A stretch of DNA of 64,000 bases from Ylistrum balloti (Eukaryota), in contig NW_026782330.1 in the NCBI RefSeq assembly GCF_031769215.1, positions 496,001 through 560,000 of the forward strand, read 5' to 3'. A program made the translations under genes and the position numbers. The first letter of the stretch is position 1. The number at the start of each line of letters is the position of its first letter. Positions 12,908 to 25,709 of this stretch are shown here, piece after piece. Under the pieces are notes generated by a model that did not search any database, was not told where the DNA came from, and was given only the letters and a program-made list of their open reading frames with translations.

Positions 12908-14893
12908 TCAAATGGAACAGCATTGCTTGATGTCCTTCATCGCCAATTTTCGGAAGAGATGGATACGACCGGCGTAGATGAAAATGTTGATGGCATTGTT
13001 TGTGTATACCAGCATCCGAGTGGAAAGCCTGTCCCAATAAAGATGTCAATGTTGTACTCAACATTTGGTAATTCACATTTAGCAAATCAAAGCGTCCCAT
13101 CAGTTACAATCACTGGACACATGCAAATGATATCTTGTAAACTTTCTTCTACACACATGTATGACACAGTTGGACAAGTTATGACAAGGTAGACATACAT
13201 ATACAAAGATCATTATTTAGTCACATGCCCTTGGTAGTAAGCCATGAATGTCATTACTTTCCAAGGCGTTCTTACACCAAGAAAACCAAAGTTACATTGA
13301 GGTGGGTGATGATACAACAATGCCTTTGAAGGGGATGTTTTGTTATACAGTGTAGTGTTGGTTGCATTCAGTACCCGATTTTTGCTGGTGGGTGTGCGTT
13401 TGAGAATGTGGCATTAATCCCTTGGATTGTACGAAATGTTTACACGCAGGGTGTCATTGATGAGGCAGATGGCACTCTTCCGGAATACATGATCTTATCT
13501 GTGGAAATCATGTATGGGCTATGTGAACATTTCTGTATTTCCTTGTTTTCCTTGAAGGCAGACAAGGATGGTTTCTGTCAGACAGCTGTGCACTATTACC
13601 CCCTTCTACCACAAAAAACAAACAGCGACACACGAAAGGTTATCAAAGGTCTAGAACAAACTGAATCTATTGAATTAAGTGGATGATAAAATCTCTGTCT
13701 CGGCATATAAGTAAATATTTACCCTTCTTTTCTGCCAATTTATGATCCTAGCCCCCAATCCCTGGAATTCCACACTGCTGATCTCATCCAATGTATGTAT
13801 ATACTTACATATACATATATGATTGAGCAGGTACCATATCTTTATTAATATTATTGAATTTGTATTGAAAAGTTCTACACATCGCAAACTTTACTTCATT
13901 ACGTAAAAGATACAGTATTAGAGAATTTTGAAAGAATGTTAAGCATATAATATATACACCTGGGTGTCACTTTATTACATAAAGTGTTGATATTGACAGA
14001 ATGTCAGGTATATAATAAATACACCTGGGTGTCACTTTATTACATAAAGTATTGGATATTGACAGAATGTCAGGTATATAATAAATACACCTGGGTGTCA
14101 CTTTATTACATAAAGTATTGATATTGACAGAACGTCAGGTATATAATATATACACCTGGGTGTCACTTTATTACATAAAGTATTGGATATTGACAGAACG
14201 TCAGGTATATAATATATACACCTGGGTGTCACTTTATTACATAAAGTATTGGATATTGACAGAACGTCAGGTATATAATATATACACCTGGGTGTCACTT
14301 TATTACATAAAGTATTGATATTGACAGAACGTCAGGTATATAATAAATACACCTGGGTGTCACTTTATTACATAAAGTATTGGATATTGACAGAATGTCA
14401 GGTATATAATATATACACCTGGGTGTCACTTTATTACATAAAGTATTGGATATTGACAGAATGTCAGGAACATATGCGAGAGTTTAGATGTGGCGTACAG
14501 ATTTGGTGGGCCCTACCTGATATACGGACTGATGTAACACTGGCAGGCAACACTGTACACGATGTAAGTGCAGTGAGGGACCCACACAAAGGCGAAGTAT
14601 CCTACCAAGAGACTGACTGTCAACGTTGACCTCATCTCACGGCGGAATACATGATGTTTCCCCAGCTTTAGAAAGTCAGCACCACAGCACGCCGCTATAT
14701 CACGTATCTGAAATATTGGGCATTGATTTATTGAACAAATGTTTTTTCAAGTTGTCAATAAAATAGTTGATAAGAGGTTTGTTATATGTGATTAATTAGA
14801 GAACAAAATCCAGAAACCAGGATACAAGTGAACATTATTACACTTATGGTTTTGTGTGCTACACTGATCTGATGTGTTTTATAAGTCGTAAAT

Positions 14894-14948
<55 letters not shown>

Positions 14949-16501
14949 CCCACCTAAAATTTTACCACGTATTTGAAACAAACTCCACTACTCACATGTT
15001 TTCTGGCGATGCGTGCGATGATAGTGTAGAGAACGACCATCACACTAATTGGTATGACACCGCTGAAGATGGTGAGGATTATGCTCTGTGCTTCTGTGAA
15101 AATCAACTCATAACGGCACACTTTTGCTTCCTTGTTGTCTGTGGCTGCAAATAAGTTGATGTTAGTTTCAGATAAGAAGAAAATGTACTGGAATATGATA
15201 TTATCAAGATTCACTCGGACTGAATGAATGAGTCGTGTTAAATGCTTTAATTAATATAAATTAATATGTTTTCAACAAGCATTTAGCTGTCGCTATGACA
15301 ATTTACCTGACGAACAGATGTCTCTGCAACCATTCATTACAGCTACCATTTTGATGTATACAAAAAGCAACTGTTTAAAAGGATTTATACCATAACAATT
15401 TCATGAACTGCCTACATCTTCCCAAAAACAACGGTTTGCAATTTCAACCTTGTTAGAGTTTCCTTCAGGTGTTTTCATCAGTTGCGTACCTCTGTTTGTT
15501 GTAGAGTAAATGGCTGCTGACGTTACTAGAGTAGTTATCCATATTGTACAGATAACTACAGCGGCTCTACGACAGGTCAGATACACGTGGTACTGGAGAG
15601 GCTTGACGATGGCTATGTAACGGTTGATAGTAATGGCGACAAGATGGTACGCCGAGTTCATTTCCAGCCACTGTACAGTGGTGATCAACCCCTCACAAAC
15701 GGTCCTTTGTGCTGTTAAATATAGTTAACACACCTCTATTCTTAGGAATTCGAACTTGCCATTACTATTATCAAATTTTGTATTGGTCAGCACCCATTTT
15801 CATTTGTAATTACTAGGAAAACGAACGTATTTTAATTCTATCGTCAGAAATTCATTTTATAAAAACAAAGAAAATACAGACAATGAACATATCATAATTC
15901 AAACACAAACTTGACAAAACGGGCAAAATTATAACAAAGATATACACATATATAAGACCAGGTGTCAGAAAGGATAAGCGTCCTCTGCTTCATCGACGAC
16001 ACCAGACATGTACATTTTGGTAAATCCAAACAAAGATAAAAACCAACGGGTCCATGAAGCATACTAATGACCATCAATCACGTCAGTCTCCATATCATAC
16101 ACAGAATTAGAATATTTCCCAATAAGACCGTTGTAACGACTGTAAAACTTCCATGAAATCTTTATCAATCCACTTCTCTCGAAACCCTGCTTTCGACATT
16201 AATAGATTCAGTTTTGTGCATGAGCTAGTTACCTACCAAGGAAACGTGTGATGGAACTGTCACGAAGATGGCCGAGGTTGTAGATCGGGTAGAATATCCC
16301 AAATAGGAGATCGGAGACAGCAAGACTGGCTATCATGTAATTGCATGGCTGCTGGAGATCTCGATGGCGAAGCACGGTAACTATGATAACGCAATTTCCT
16401 CCGACAATAATTAAAGTTAGGATTAAGAATATGGTCACGTAAAATACAAAGTACTCAAAATTTGCCTCCCCTAACGGGTTCTCGTTTAAATTTCCAGACA
16501 T
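12908..16501 (-). CDS. Class A (rhodopsin-like) GPCR, adenosine/biogenic-amine receptor-like orphan, ~315 aa
   Basis: Exons 16501-16237, 15711-15490, 15144-14996, 14707-14517, 13028-12908, GT-AG with consistent phases, 948 nt in total. Motifs: TM1 GGNCVII, TM2 IASLAVSDLL, TM3 C..ITINRYIAIVKPLQY, ECL2 VCRYELIF, TM5 IPISVMVVLY, TM6 GYFAFVWVP, TM7 NNAINIFIYAGRIHLFR. The last two exons are not in the ORF track. Confidence 0.9.
13945..14468. repeat. 65-66 bp minisatellite in GPCR intron 4
   Basis: Unit tatacacctgggtgtcactttattacataaagtattggatattgacagaacgtcaggtatataata, about 8 copies. Confidence 0.95.
14895..14947. repeat. Poly-C homopolymer (~53 nt) in GPCR intron 3
   Basis: Uninterrupted C run. 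Confidence 0.95.
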
Positions 16502-17909
16502 TCTTAATAATTAACTGTTCTCCAAACTAAAACGACAAGAATAATTCGAAAAAACATCCATGTGCATGTCTGTTATGCCTTGTTTGATAGATACTGAGTG
16601 ACAATTACAAGCAAGTCCGTCAATATCCCTTTACCACCCAACTTAGTTATGCGCTTCAGCTCCATTCAAAGATTGAAGACTTCGGTAAACTCGCAAAACG
16701 TCGATAAACAGCATGTACTTTATAATTCAATACCACGGCCGAAACAGATTTTGATTTCAAGCCCGACAATGATCAGATATATGGACTTTGAAAAGGGTAT
16801 TGGTTGATGCATGAATAGAAATTAATCAGGATCACTCAAACAACAGTTCTTGGGCAGGAGTTGAACAGCAGGCGATGAGTTTGTATCAGTCAATGTAAGT
16901 GAAACAGATGTTCGGATATGATAGCCTCAGATCTCTCACCAATGTGTTTGGCATTTTATTCCGTTTAATAATTGGATTTATGAGTTGTTGATTACCTTAA
17001 ATAACTAGGTCATTATGGTGATATGAACCATTTAATCACGAAGCAATATCGATGATTCAGTATGACACCTGGCGCCACCTATTCTGCTACAACATGCTGT
17101 TTCGGCCACAATACACAGGTTGTGGATGTTATCTCAATAAATTCAATTTTAATCTAAAAAGATGGCTATTTTTTCTGAGACAAGCTCTTAAATCAATGAA
17201 AAAGTTACACATGATATATTTTAGTCCAAACAATATCATTGTTAACGTTTAGGTAGCAGACCACAGTCACAGCGCTTAGTTAAAAGGTCATGGTCACTCA
17301 TTGTCTTTTATGGAGAACTGGCATTCAGTTATCAAACGTCTATATCTAATAAATACACGTGACAGCGGCTTCACTGTATGGATGTATATGTATGTTGCAT
17401 GACCACGTGACTTTAACCATATGCCCAGCCATACATTTTTCATGCATGATCCGAGATCACGGCCCAAACAGAGCAAACGAAATAGTGATTAATATGACAG
17501 TGTATCAGATGAACGGTAAAAGCCCGTGATAGAATACTGTTATATTACTAGGGGCATAGAATTATGACTATTTCATCACACTTGAGATTATTTGTGAAAA
17601 ACAGAAGAGTTTATCATATTAGTTTGAATGTTTAATTTGAGATAAATGGTTAAATATATATTAGAGGAATTGTACGAAAGACACACAGGAGAATACACAA
17701 GTTTGAAACAGCAGTAGAGCCAGACTGTATGAATCAGTTGTTTCATCCCTAAAGTACGGAGCCCGTTAACTGACATGCTCCATACTTATTTTATTTCGTT
17801 TTTATTGGGAGAGAGATATTTACGATGTGACCACGATGGCGAAACAAGTATATTTAAAATTCCGGTCTAGGTGAGTTTTGTCAGTTACAATGATGTAAAT
17901 GTTTCCGGT

Positions 17910-17921
17910 GAAAGCGAAAGC
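17910..17921 (+). promoter_or_regulatory. IRF-E/ISRE-like element
   Basis: GAAAGCGAAAGC matches the GAAA(G/C)(T/C)GAAA(G/C)(T/C) consensus; it lies upstream of the caspase ATG. Function is inferred. Confidence 0.4.
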
Positions 17922-18799
17922 TGTTATTAAAACGATAGAGTAAGTATACCAAGGCCAGGGGGCAAGGATATATTCCATTTTATGAGGTATTGTATACAGG
18001 TTTTAAAATTTTAACAAAATTGAGACCGGGTTTGTTTACATGGGTTCCCGTTGGAAATTTGCTTTTTATCTGTTTAAAGCATTCAATCTGGAACACGTAA
18101 GTATTTGGTAAGGGGATATTTCCGATTCCAAGTTGGTACTAGACCATTATGGGTAACGAATGTGACACAACATACGTAAAACAAAACAATGAAAACAAGA
18201 GAAAAAACGTTGTGAATGACCTAAAAACTGCTTTTAAAGGTAGTAATCTTTTTATCATATCTACTAAGTTGGCCTAAAGCCATTTTGAACAAGAGAAGGA
18301 GAAATAATGCTCTATATAAGGTTCGGGAATTCTATAGCTTATCATTTCGTAATATATCAGGGTTTCCCCTTTTTAGCGATTGGACAAGAGATAGTCACGT
18401 TCACGTAGATAAATAATTCATCACGTTCAGTATTCAATGCCATGTTTCACAATATAGAACAATCGGACCATATGGACTTCACACCTACATATATTTACAT
18501 TTTGATCAGCCGTACCATATACCGGAATATGATAGGTAATATTGTAAGATAATATTTATATTATCAGCTTTAAGGATATTTTCTGATATGACACTTTTGT
18601 TTATCATTCATTTTCTAAATTGGATTATCGCCCCTACAAGTTGCTGACGCTAGTCATTAAATGAAACAACCTTATCAACATTATCTTCATTACTTGTTTT
18701 ATAAAGTTATGCAGATTAAGGTGATGCATCTATCATATTTTACATCTGTATAATGTGTCTTTTTTCATTTGCTGACTATTTATTTCATTTGTGCTGCAG

Positions 18800-21113
18800 A
18801 TGGCATCAAGGGACGGAATGTCATATGACTTGAAATCGTACGGCCGTGGGATAGCATATATATTTGTGAATAAAAATTATGAAAAAGCAAATGATTATGA
18901 AGATAGAAAGGGTGCAGATGAAGAATATAAAGCTCTCACACGAATGTTTAAGAATCTGTCATTCAAGGTTCGGAGTTTTAAGAATGAAGGGATCATAGAG
19001 AAACTTCAAGATGGTAAATTGTGAGAAATTGGTTAATAGTGTTAACAATGAGTCGTGAAATCTTAAATAGAATTTTACATAATTTTATTTCATTTCTATG
19101 AAGCCTGTAGTGAGTGTTTCTTCAGGATATCCTAACTTCCTAATTACTTTATTTTCGTATGAACTATATTTACTTTACATTTTCCATAATTTATTTTAAA
19201 GTCAGTACACAATGTTATCAAAGTAACAACTCATTATTATTCCTCATATATGTTATAGATGTGAGAAAATCATAGGTATTCAAGTACACTTCACTTATTT
19301 GTCTCAGCCTGCAGCCATCCAACCTTAGAGGACCGATCATGCTTTGTGTGTGTGATATGTTCGCATGGCATAGAAAAAGAGGTTGAAAAAGTCCAACAAC
19401 ATTTCATTGTGGATGGTAAGGGAAATGAGATCAACACCAATGACATCGTGTCTATTGTCTGTGACTCTAAAGCTTTACGAAAAAAACCAAAGCTCTTCTT
19501 TATACAGGTAGGCTATTACTTACACTCTGCAAAACAATACATTAAATCAAGTTGACTGACACAATTTTGTACATGTCTCAGATTCTTTGCAACAATGGAT
19601 TGTAATTTTGACCATGTCATTAACAGGCATGTAGAGAAAATGATAAGAGCAAGAGGGCAGAAAAGCATGACTTTGGTGTACTGATGAAGTCAGTTCCACA
19701 ACAGCCGGTCCCTGTAGGTAACAAAGACGAGACAGACGGTAGCAGTAAGATGGATGTCGCTACACAAAAAGAGGACAGTAAGTTTGTTCATAGCATAACC
19801 CTGGTAAAATACTAGCTGCAGTATACCGCTTGGCTAGGGAGAACTCCTCTGTACCTCGATCAGTTGAGCATCAGACTAGTAAGCCGGGTGTCTTGAATTC
19901 GCATCCTATCGGAGGCATTGAGATAAATAGTGACCTCTGTTATAATGATAATCCATAGGGGCATAGTATTAATGCAAGATTGTGTTTTTATTTGTTTATG
20001 GCACTATGATACAGTTGTATATCATATTGGTATATAAAAAAGGGCCTGGATATGCGAGTCACTGTTAAACAGAAAATTTCCATTGATATTTACATTTCTA
20101 TCTTCAGTGTTCGAGTGTAGGATTGTTCATTTGATATTTTCCCCTATTGTTTATGATTTAACTTTAATGTTTGTCACATGGTGTTACAGTTACATATCCA
20201 CACAAGATAGAATTACATGTATAATTTAATAAACACATTTGAGTTATCACACATTTGTCATTACTTGTTTAAGATGTCGATGTTTCGGATAGTGATACAG
20301 ACACAGATGATGGTCTTTCAGACCGCGAAGAGTTTGATCTCACTAACTACTACAATGATAGACGACTGAAAATTCAGCAGCGGCACCCAGAGAAGACAGT
20401 TCTGTACCATAAGCAGAAAGAACATGTAGGAAGTGATGACAGTGATGATAACAAGTGCGAAGACACCGAGAGACCTATTACAGAAACAGATTCAATATTT
20501 AAACTTAAAAAAAAGCACAGAGTGGACAAACCACCTAATAAGGAGCCAGGCACTGTGATATCCATTCCTTGCTATGAAGATATGCTGATTATGTTTGCAT
20601 CAACTCCAGGTAAGTAGCTGGCTTTTATTATTGAGAGTAAAGTGAGACTTTGCTGGAAGAAAGCACCCCTGGATGATATCAATGATAAACACTGGGAAAA
20701 TGTTGTCAATCTGACAAGTTATACTTAAAAGATTGGCTGTTGTTTCTAGTTTTACCAAATTAATCCAAGATACCTACTTTCATGGAACATGTGCTTGTTT
20801 TTAAGGGAAATATGCTTTTCGGAATGACCAAACCGGTGGATTTCTAGTCAGAAGCCTTTGTGATGTCATCAATGGTTACCTGAAAGAAGATGATGGTAAA
20901 TACCTGGAGAATACTTGCTTTCTGTCCATCCTGACCAAGGTAGTAAATCTGCAGTCCAAAAGGAAAGTGTCCATTGACCCACTACCAGGTGTCCCCTCTG
21001 ATGTCACAACTGTGCCAGTTATATACCACAGACTTACCAAGGATATACACATCCCAATCATGAAACCACAGTCATGGAAACACAAACTAAAGACAGTTAT
21101 GAAGCATCACTGA
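18800..21113 (+). CDS. Caspase (peptidase C14A), short prodomain, long acidic intersubunit linker, ~402 aa
   Basis: Exons 18800-19013, 19308-19507, 19627-19777, 20274-20609, 20806-21113, in phase, 1209 nt. Motifs: GIAYIFVN, DRKGAD, catalytic CVICSHG, KPKLFFIQ|ACRE, small subunit DMLIMFASTPGKYAFRN..HRLTKDIH. Confidence 0.9.
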
Positions 21114-21285
21114 CGAGTCGTGCAAGGACGAAACAGCTGTATGATGAAGCATCACTGACGAGTCGTAGAAGGACGAAACACCTGCATAATGCAGCATCAC
21201 GGACAAGTCCTAGAAGGACAAAACAGCTGGATGATGCAGCATCACTGACTAGTCATAGAAGGATGAAACAACTGTATGGTGCAGT
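21096..21285 (+). repeat. 45 bp tandem repeat (~4 copies) starting over the caspase stop codon
   Basis: gaagcatcactgacgagtcgtgcaaggacgaaacagctgtatgat with units at 21101, 21146, 21191 and 21236. Confidence 0.9.
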
Positions 21286-22719
21286 TTAGTTTATTGTTTA
21301 GCACTAATGTGTCTTACTCTAAATTTGTATTAAAAGATGCTGTTTACTTTTGTGTCTTATGTACACTCATGGTAAAGCCTATAAACAAATGGTGTAACCA
21401 ATGTAACTACATGTACATGTATAATGCAGAATTTTAGTCCTTACCATGTGAGTCGGAAAATAAGACAATGATGACCATTAACAGACAATGATCAACATTA
21501 TAGTATTAAAGATGTATATGTAAAAATATTGAATTTTTTCAATTCATTAATGTGATGAATAATCTGAGAAGGATGAAAAAGATTTTGATGTATTCATTTT
21601 TTAACTTGGCACATGTCATGAATATTTTTTGTTACTGGGTGTGTCTTCTGTATTAATTGTTTTACTTCAACACGATTGATTGAAACTGGATATTAAATGG
21701 TGTTTGTATCATTGTCAGCAGCAGTAGTTTCATACAAGTCAAATCTACCATATATACTGTATTTAATTCTATCTATCATTTTATCAAACAGCATTATATG
21801 CATGATTTTAAAGAATAAATTTGGTGATGTGTTTTCATATTGTTATCGTTTTAACTGTGTGTTACCTAACGCTTTTTTGAAAATATTATTTTGAATCACT
21901 GTGTTGTACCGTTTCATGGCCCTAATGACCTTTTATGTGTTGACGGTCGTTAAGAATGTCAAAATATTGTTTGGGAGCATACATACTCCGAGTATGACTG
22001 TATTTTCGCATAAATACATTTGGATCTCCTAATAGCTGTTGACATTTGCTTCATTTCCGACGTTTTTGTGTAATCTAAATTCCATCGTAAGGACCAGCAG
22101 TTACAGGATAGAAATAGATCTAAGGAGGATTTCATCAGGAATAATGCCATTTGTATCAATAATACTGCATTGTAGTTCAAAAGTCTGCTGTTCTCAGATA
22201 CTCGCTAGCTCCGTCAAAGTTAGTACTGTTAAAAATAAATCATTATGTTTACATGTTTCGATAGTTTTAAACACTTACAGAACAGCTGAACTCACACCAG
22301 GGTAATATGTTGTGGTATTCATCATCATAATAGATACAAATAGGTGTTGTATCTTGGACAAGGAGCGAATGACACAAATAGAGGAAAAATGGTATAACTT
22401 AATTAGGGAGTGATACATATATCAGAATGATATATTTGGAAAAGAAATTATAAAGATTCCTTAAATAAACAGAAACAAAACAGTATATAGGAATAGAGGA
22501 CAAGTCTGGACGTTATATGCGTGAACATTGAACATAAGGAGATGCCGCAGGATAATCACAGAACACATCCATGTATAAAATATTGGAGTAATAACACTGA
22601 CGATGAAAGAAGAAACAGTTTGTGACCCATACCTTGGTGAAGGTAGTAACACACCAAAACTAATTCACGAGAGAAAATGTGAAGGGATAATCCTCAGTTT
22701 AGAGAAGATAGGTATCTAC

Positions 22720-24465
22720 TTCCTGAATGTCATGTCATTACAACTGTTTTATAGTCATATATGTCATGTTATTACAACTGTTTTATAGTCATATATGTCA
22801 TGTCATTACAACTGTTTTACATTCCTAAATAACATGTTCTTATAACAATTTTGTATTCCTAAATGTCATGTTATTACAAGTTTTACATTCCTAAATAATT
22901 TTGTATTCCGAAATGTCATGTCATTACAACTGTTTTACACTCCTAAATAACATGTTCTTATAACAATTTTGTATTCCTAAATGTCATGTTATTACAAGTT
23001 TTACATTCCTAAATAACATGTTGTTATAACAATTTTGTATTCCGAAATGTCATGTTATTACAAGTTTTACATTCCTAAATAACATGTTCTTATAACAATT
23101 TTGTATTCCGAAATGTCATGTTATTACAAGTTTTACATTCCTAAACAATTTTGTATTCCGAAATGTCATGTTATTACAAGTTTTACATTCCTAAATAACA
23201 TGTTGTTATAACAATTTTGTATTCCTAAATGTCATGTTATTACAAGTTTTACATTCCTAAATAACATGTTGTTATAACAATTTTGTATTCCGAAATGTCA
23301 TGTTATTACAAGTTTTACATTCCTAAATAACATGTTCTTATAACAATTTTGTATTCCTAAATGTCATGTTATTACAAGTTTTACATTCCTAAACAATTTT
23401 GTATTCCGAAATGTCATGTTATTACAAGTTTTACATTCCTAAATAACATGTTGGTATAACAATTTTGTATTCCTAAATGTCATGTTATTACAAGTTTTAC
23501 ATTCCTAAATAATTTTGTATTCCTAAATGTCATGTTATTACAAGTTTTACATTCCTAAATAACATGTTGTTATAACAATTTTGTATTCCTAAATGTCATG
23601 TTATTACAAGTTTTACATTCCTAAATAACATGTTGTTATAACAATTTTGTATTCCTAAATGTCATGTTATTACAAGTTTTACATTCCTAAATAACATGTT
23701 GTTATAACAATTTTGTATTCCTAAATGTCATGTTATTACAAGTTTTACATTCCTAAATAACATGTTGTTATAACAATTTTGTATTCCTAAATGTCATGTT
23801 ATTACAAGTTTTACATTCCTAAATAACATGTTGTTATAACAATTTTGTATTCTTAAATGTCATGTTATTACAAGTTTTACATTCCTAAATAACATGTTGT
23901 TATAACAATTTTGTATTCCTAAATGTCATGTTATTACAAGTTTTACATTCCTAAATAACATGTTGTTATAACAATTTTGTATTCCTAAATGTCATGTTAT
24001 TACAAGTTTTACATTCCTAAATAACATGTTGTTATAACAATTTTGTATTCCTAAATGTCATGTTATTACAAGTTTTACATTCCTAAATAATTTTGTACTA
24101 AATGTCATGTTATTACAAGTTTTACATTCCTAAATAATTTTGTATTCCTAAATGTCATGTTATTACAAGTTTTACATTCCTAAATAATTTTGTATTCCTA
24201 AATGTCATGTTATTACAAGTTTTACATTCCTAAATAATTTTGTATTCCTAAATGTCATGTTATTACAAGTTTTACATTCCTAAATAATTTTGTATTCCTA
24301 AATGTCATGTTATTACAAGTTTTACATTCCTAAATAATTTTGTATTCCGAAATGTCATGTTATTACAAGTTTTACATTCCTAAATAATTTTGTATTCCTA
24401 AATGTCATGTTATTACAAGTTTTACATTCCTAAATAATTTTGTATTCCGAAATGTCATGTTATTA
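22720..24465. repeat. Higher-order minisatellite (32+34 bp dimer, switching to 32+18 bp)
   Basis: Subunits aaatgtcatgttattacaagttttacattcct and aaataacatgttgttataacaattttgtattcct (or truncated aaataattttgtattcct) alternate. Confidence 0.95.
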
Positions 24466-25709
24466 TGGCAATCTTTTTTTGCTGATACTTACTTCTTGTG
24501 AAATCAATGATCAACTTTTAAATATTTCTAAACGTTTTGATTTAGCTGAGTTAAATAGAATATTCGGACAGCAGAAGAATGAACCAGTCTGTGGTCAAGG
24601 CTAATTAACCTATTTTCTACGGATCATGATGGGCCTCCATTATGCTGTTCAGAAGGTAGTTACCAGCTACTACAAGAACATTCCTCAAAATGACCCTGAG
24701 TGTTCATGGGGTGATATACCTAGCAAACAGACATTTGAACTACAAACAGGTCTTTTTGTAAAATGTAAGGACAAGTTTCTTAAATGTAAGGATGAGTTCA
24801 GTTTAGCCAGAAGTTCCTCTCTCCAATGGTTACTAGAACTACAAATGACTCTTTTTGTAAAATGTAAGGATGAGTTTCTTAAATGTAAGAATGAGTTTCT
24901 TAAATGTAAGGATGAGTTCAGTTAAACTAGAAGTTTCTCTCTCCAATGGTTACTAGAACTACAAATAGCTCTTTTTGTAAAATGTAAGGACAAGTTTCTT
25001 AAATGTAAGGATGAGTTCAGTTAAGTGGGAAGTTCCTCTCCCCAGTAGTTACTCGTTATACAACATTTGGTTTAGTTTCAAATGATGGAAAGTCAGCGGT
25101 GTTTTAATTGAGACACGCTAATCGCCTGTAAACCAGTTACGTGGGTACTATGCATTAGCTGCCTTACAGCTTTACCAACAGCTACTTTCTTGCCATGTTG
25201 GATGGTCAGAATTATTCTGATGTTCAACTTTCAAATGTTGGTTTTGAGTTCGACTCCAGACCGGAAAAAATTTGAATGTCAAAATAATTCAGTCTACAAC
25301 TTGAAATACTCTCAAAATTTTATGTTCAATATCTTGACGCATGAGCGATTCAGAATAGACTCCAATGCACCCTTCTTAACAGCATTTTTATTTCATCAAA
25401 CCAAAGATAAACTGTATTATCACAAAATGACCTACTGCAACATAATCGTTATCACCAAACATATCAGTGACAAGGAATATACACTTATGTGGGACTGATA
25501 CAATGAAGGTAAATGCCATTTAATGTTTTCCCTTCTCACAATAAACAAAGCAAATTGTTACATAATATCCGGATTTCAGTATGTTGTAACTAAAGAAATC
25601 GACTGGACAAAACATCTGGAAATATGTTATTAATTTGAAATATCAGAATGTAATTAATCATTACAATTTATGGTATCTATGCATTTTCTATGTGTATAAA
25701 CAGGAATAC

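Noticed and set aside
15401-15489. ORF-track extension of GPCR exon 2 (..NRCFWEDVGSS)
   Set aside because: The phase-1 donor AGAG|gtacgc at 15489 joins exon 3 in frame and supplies the ECL2 cysteine; the extension is intronic.
21900-22700. Short ORFs that looked exon-like
   Set aside because: Stops in all frames, no consistent splice sites, no recognisable family.
24570-25030. 99 aa ORF 24626-24925
   Set aside because: The second half is a 21 bp repeat inside a local duplication; no recognisable domain or splice support.
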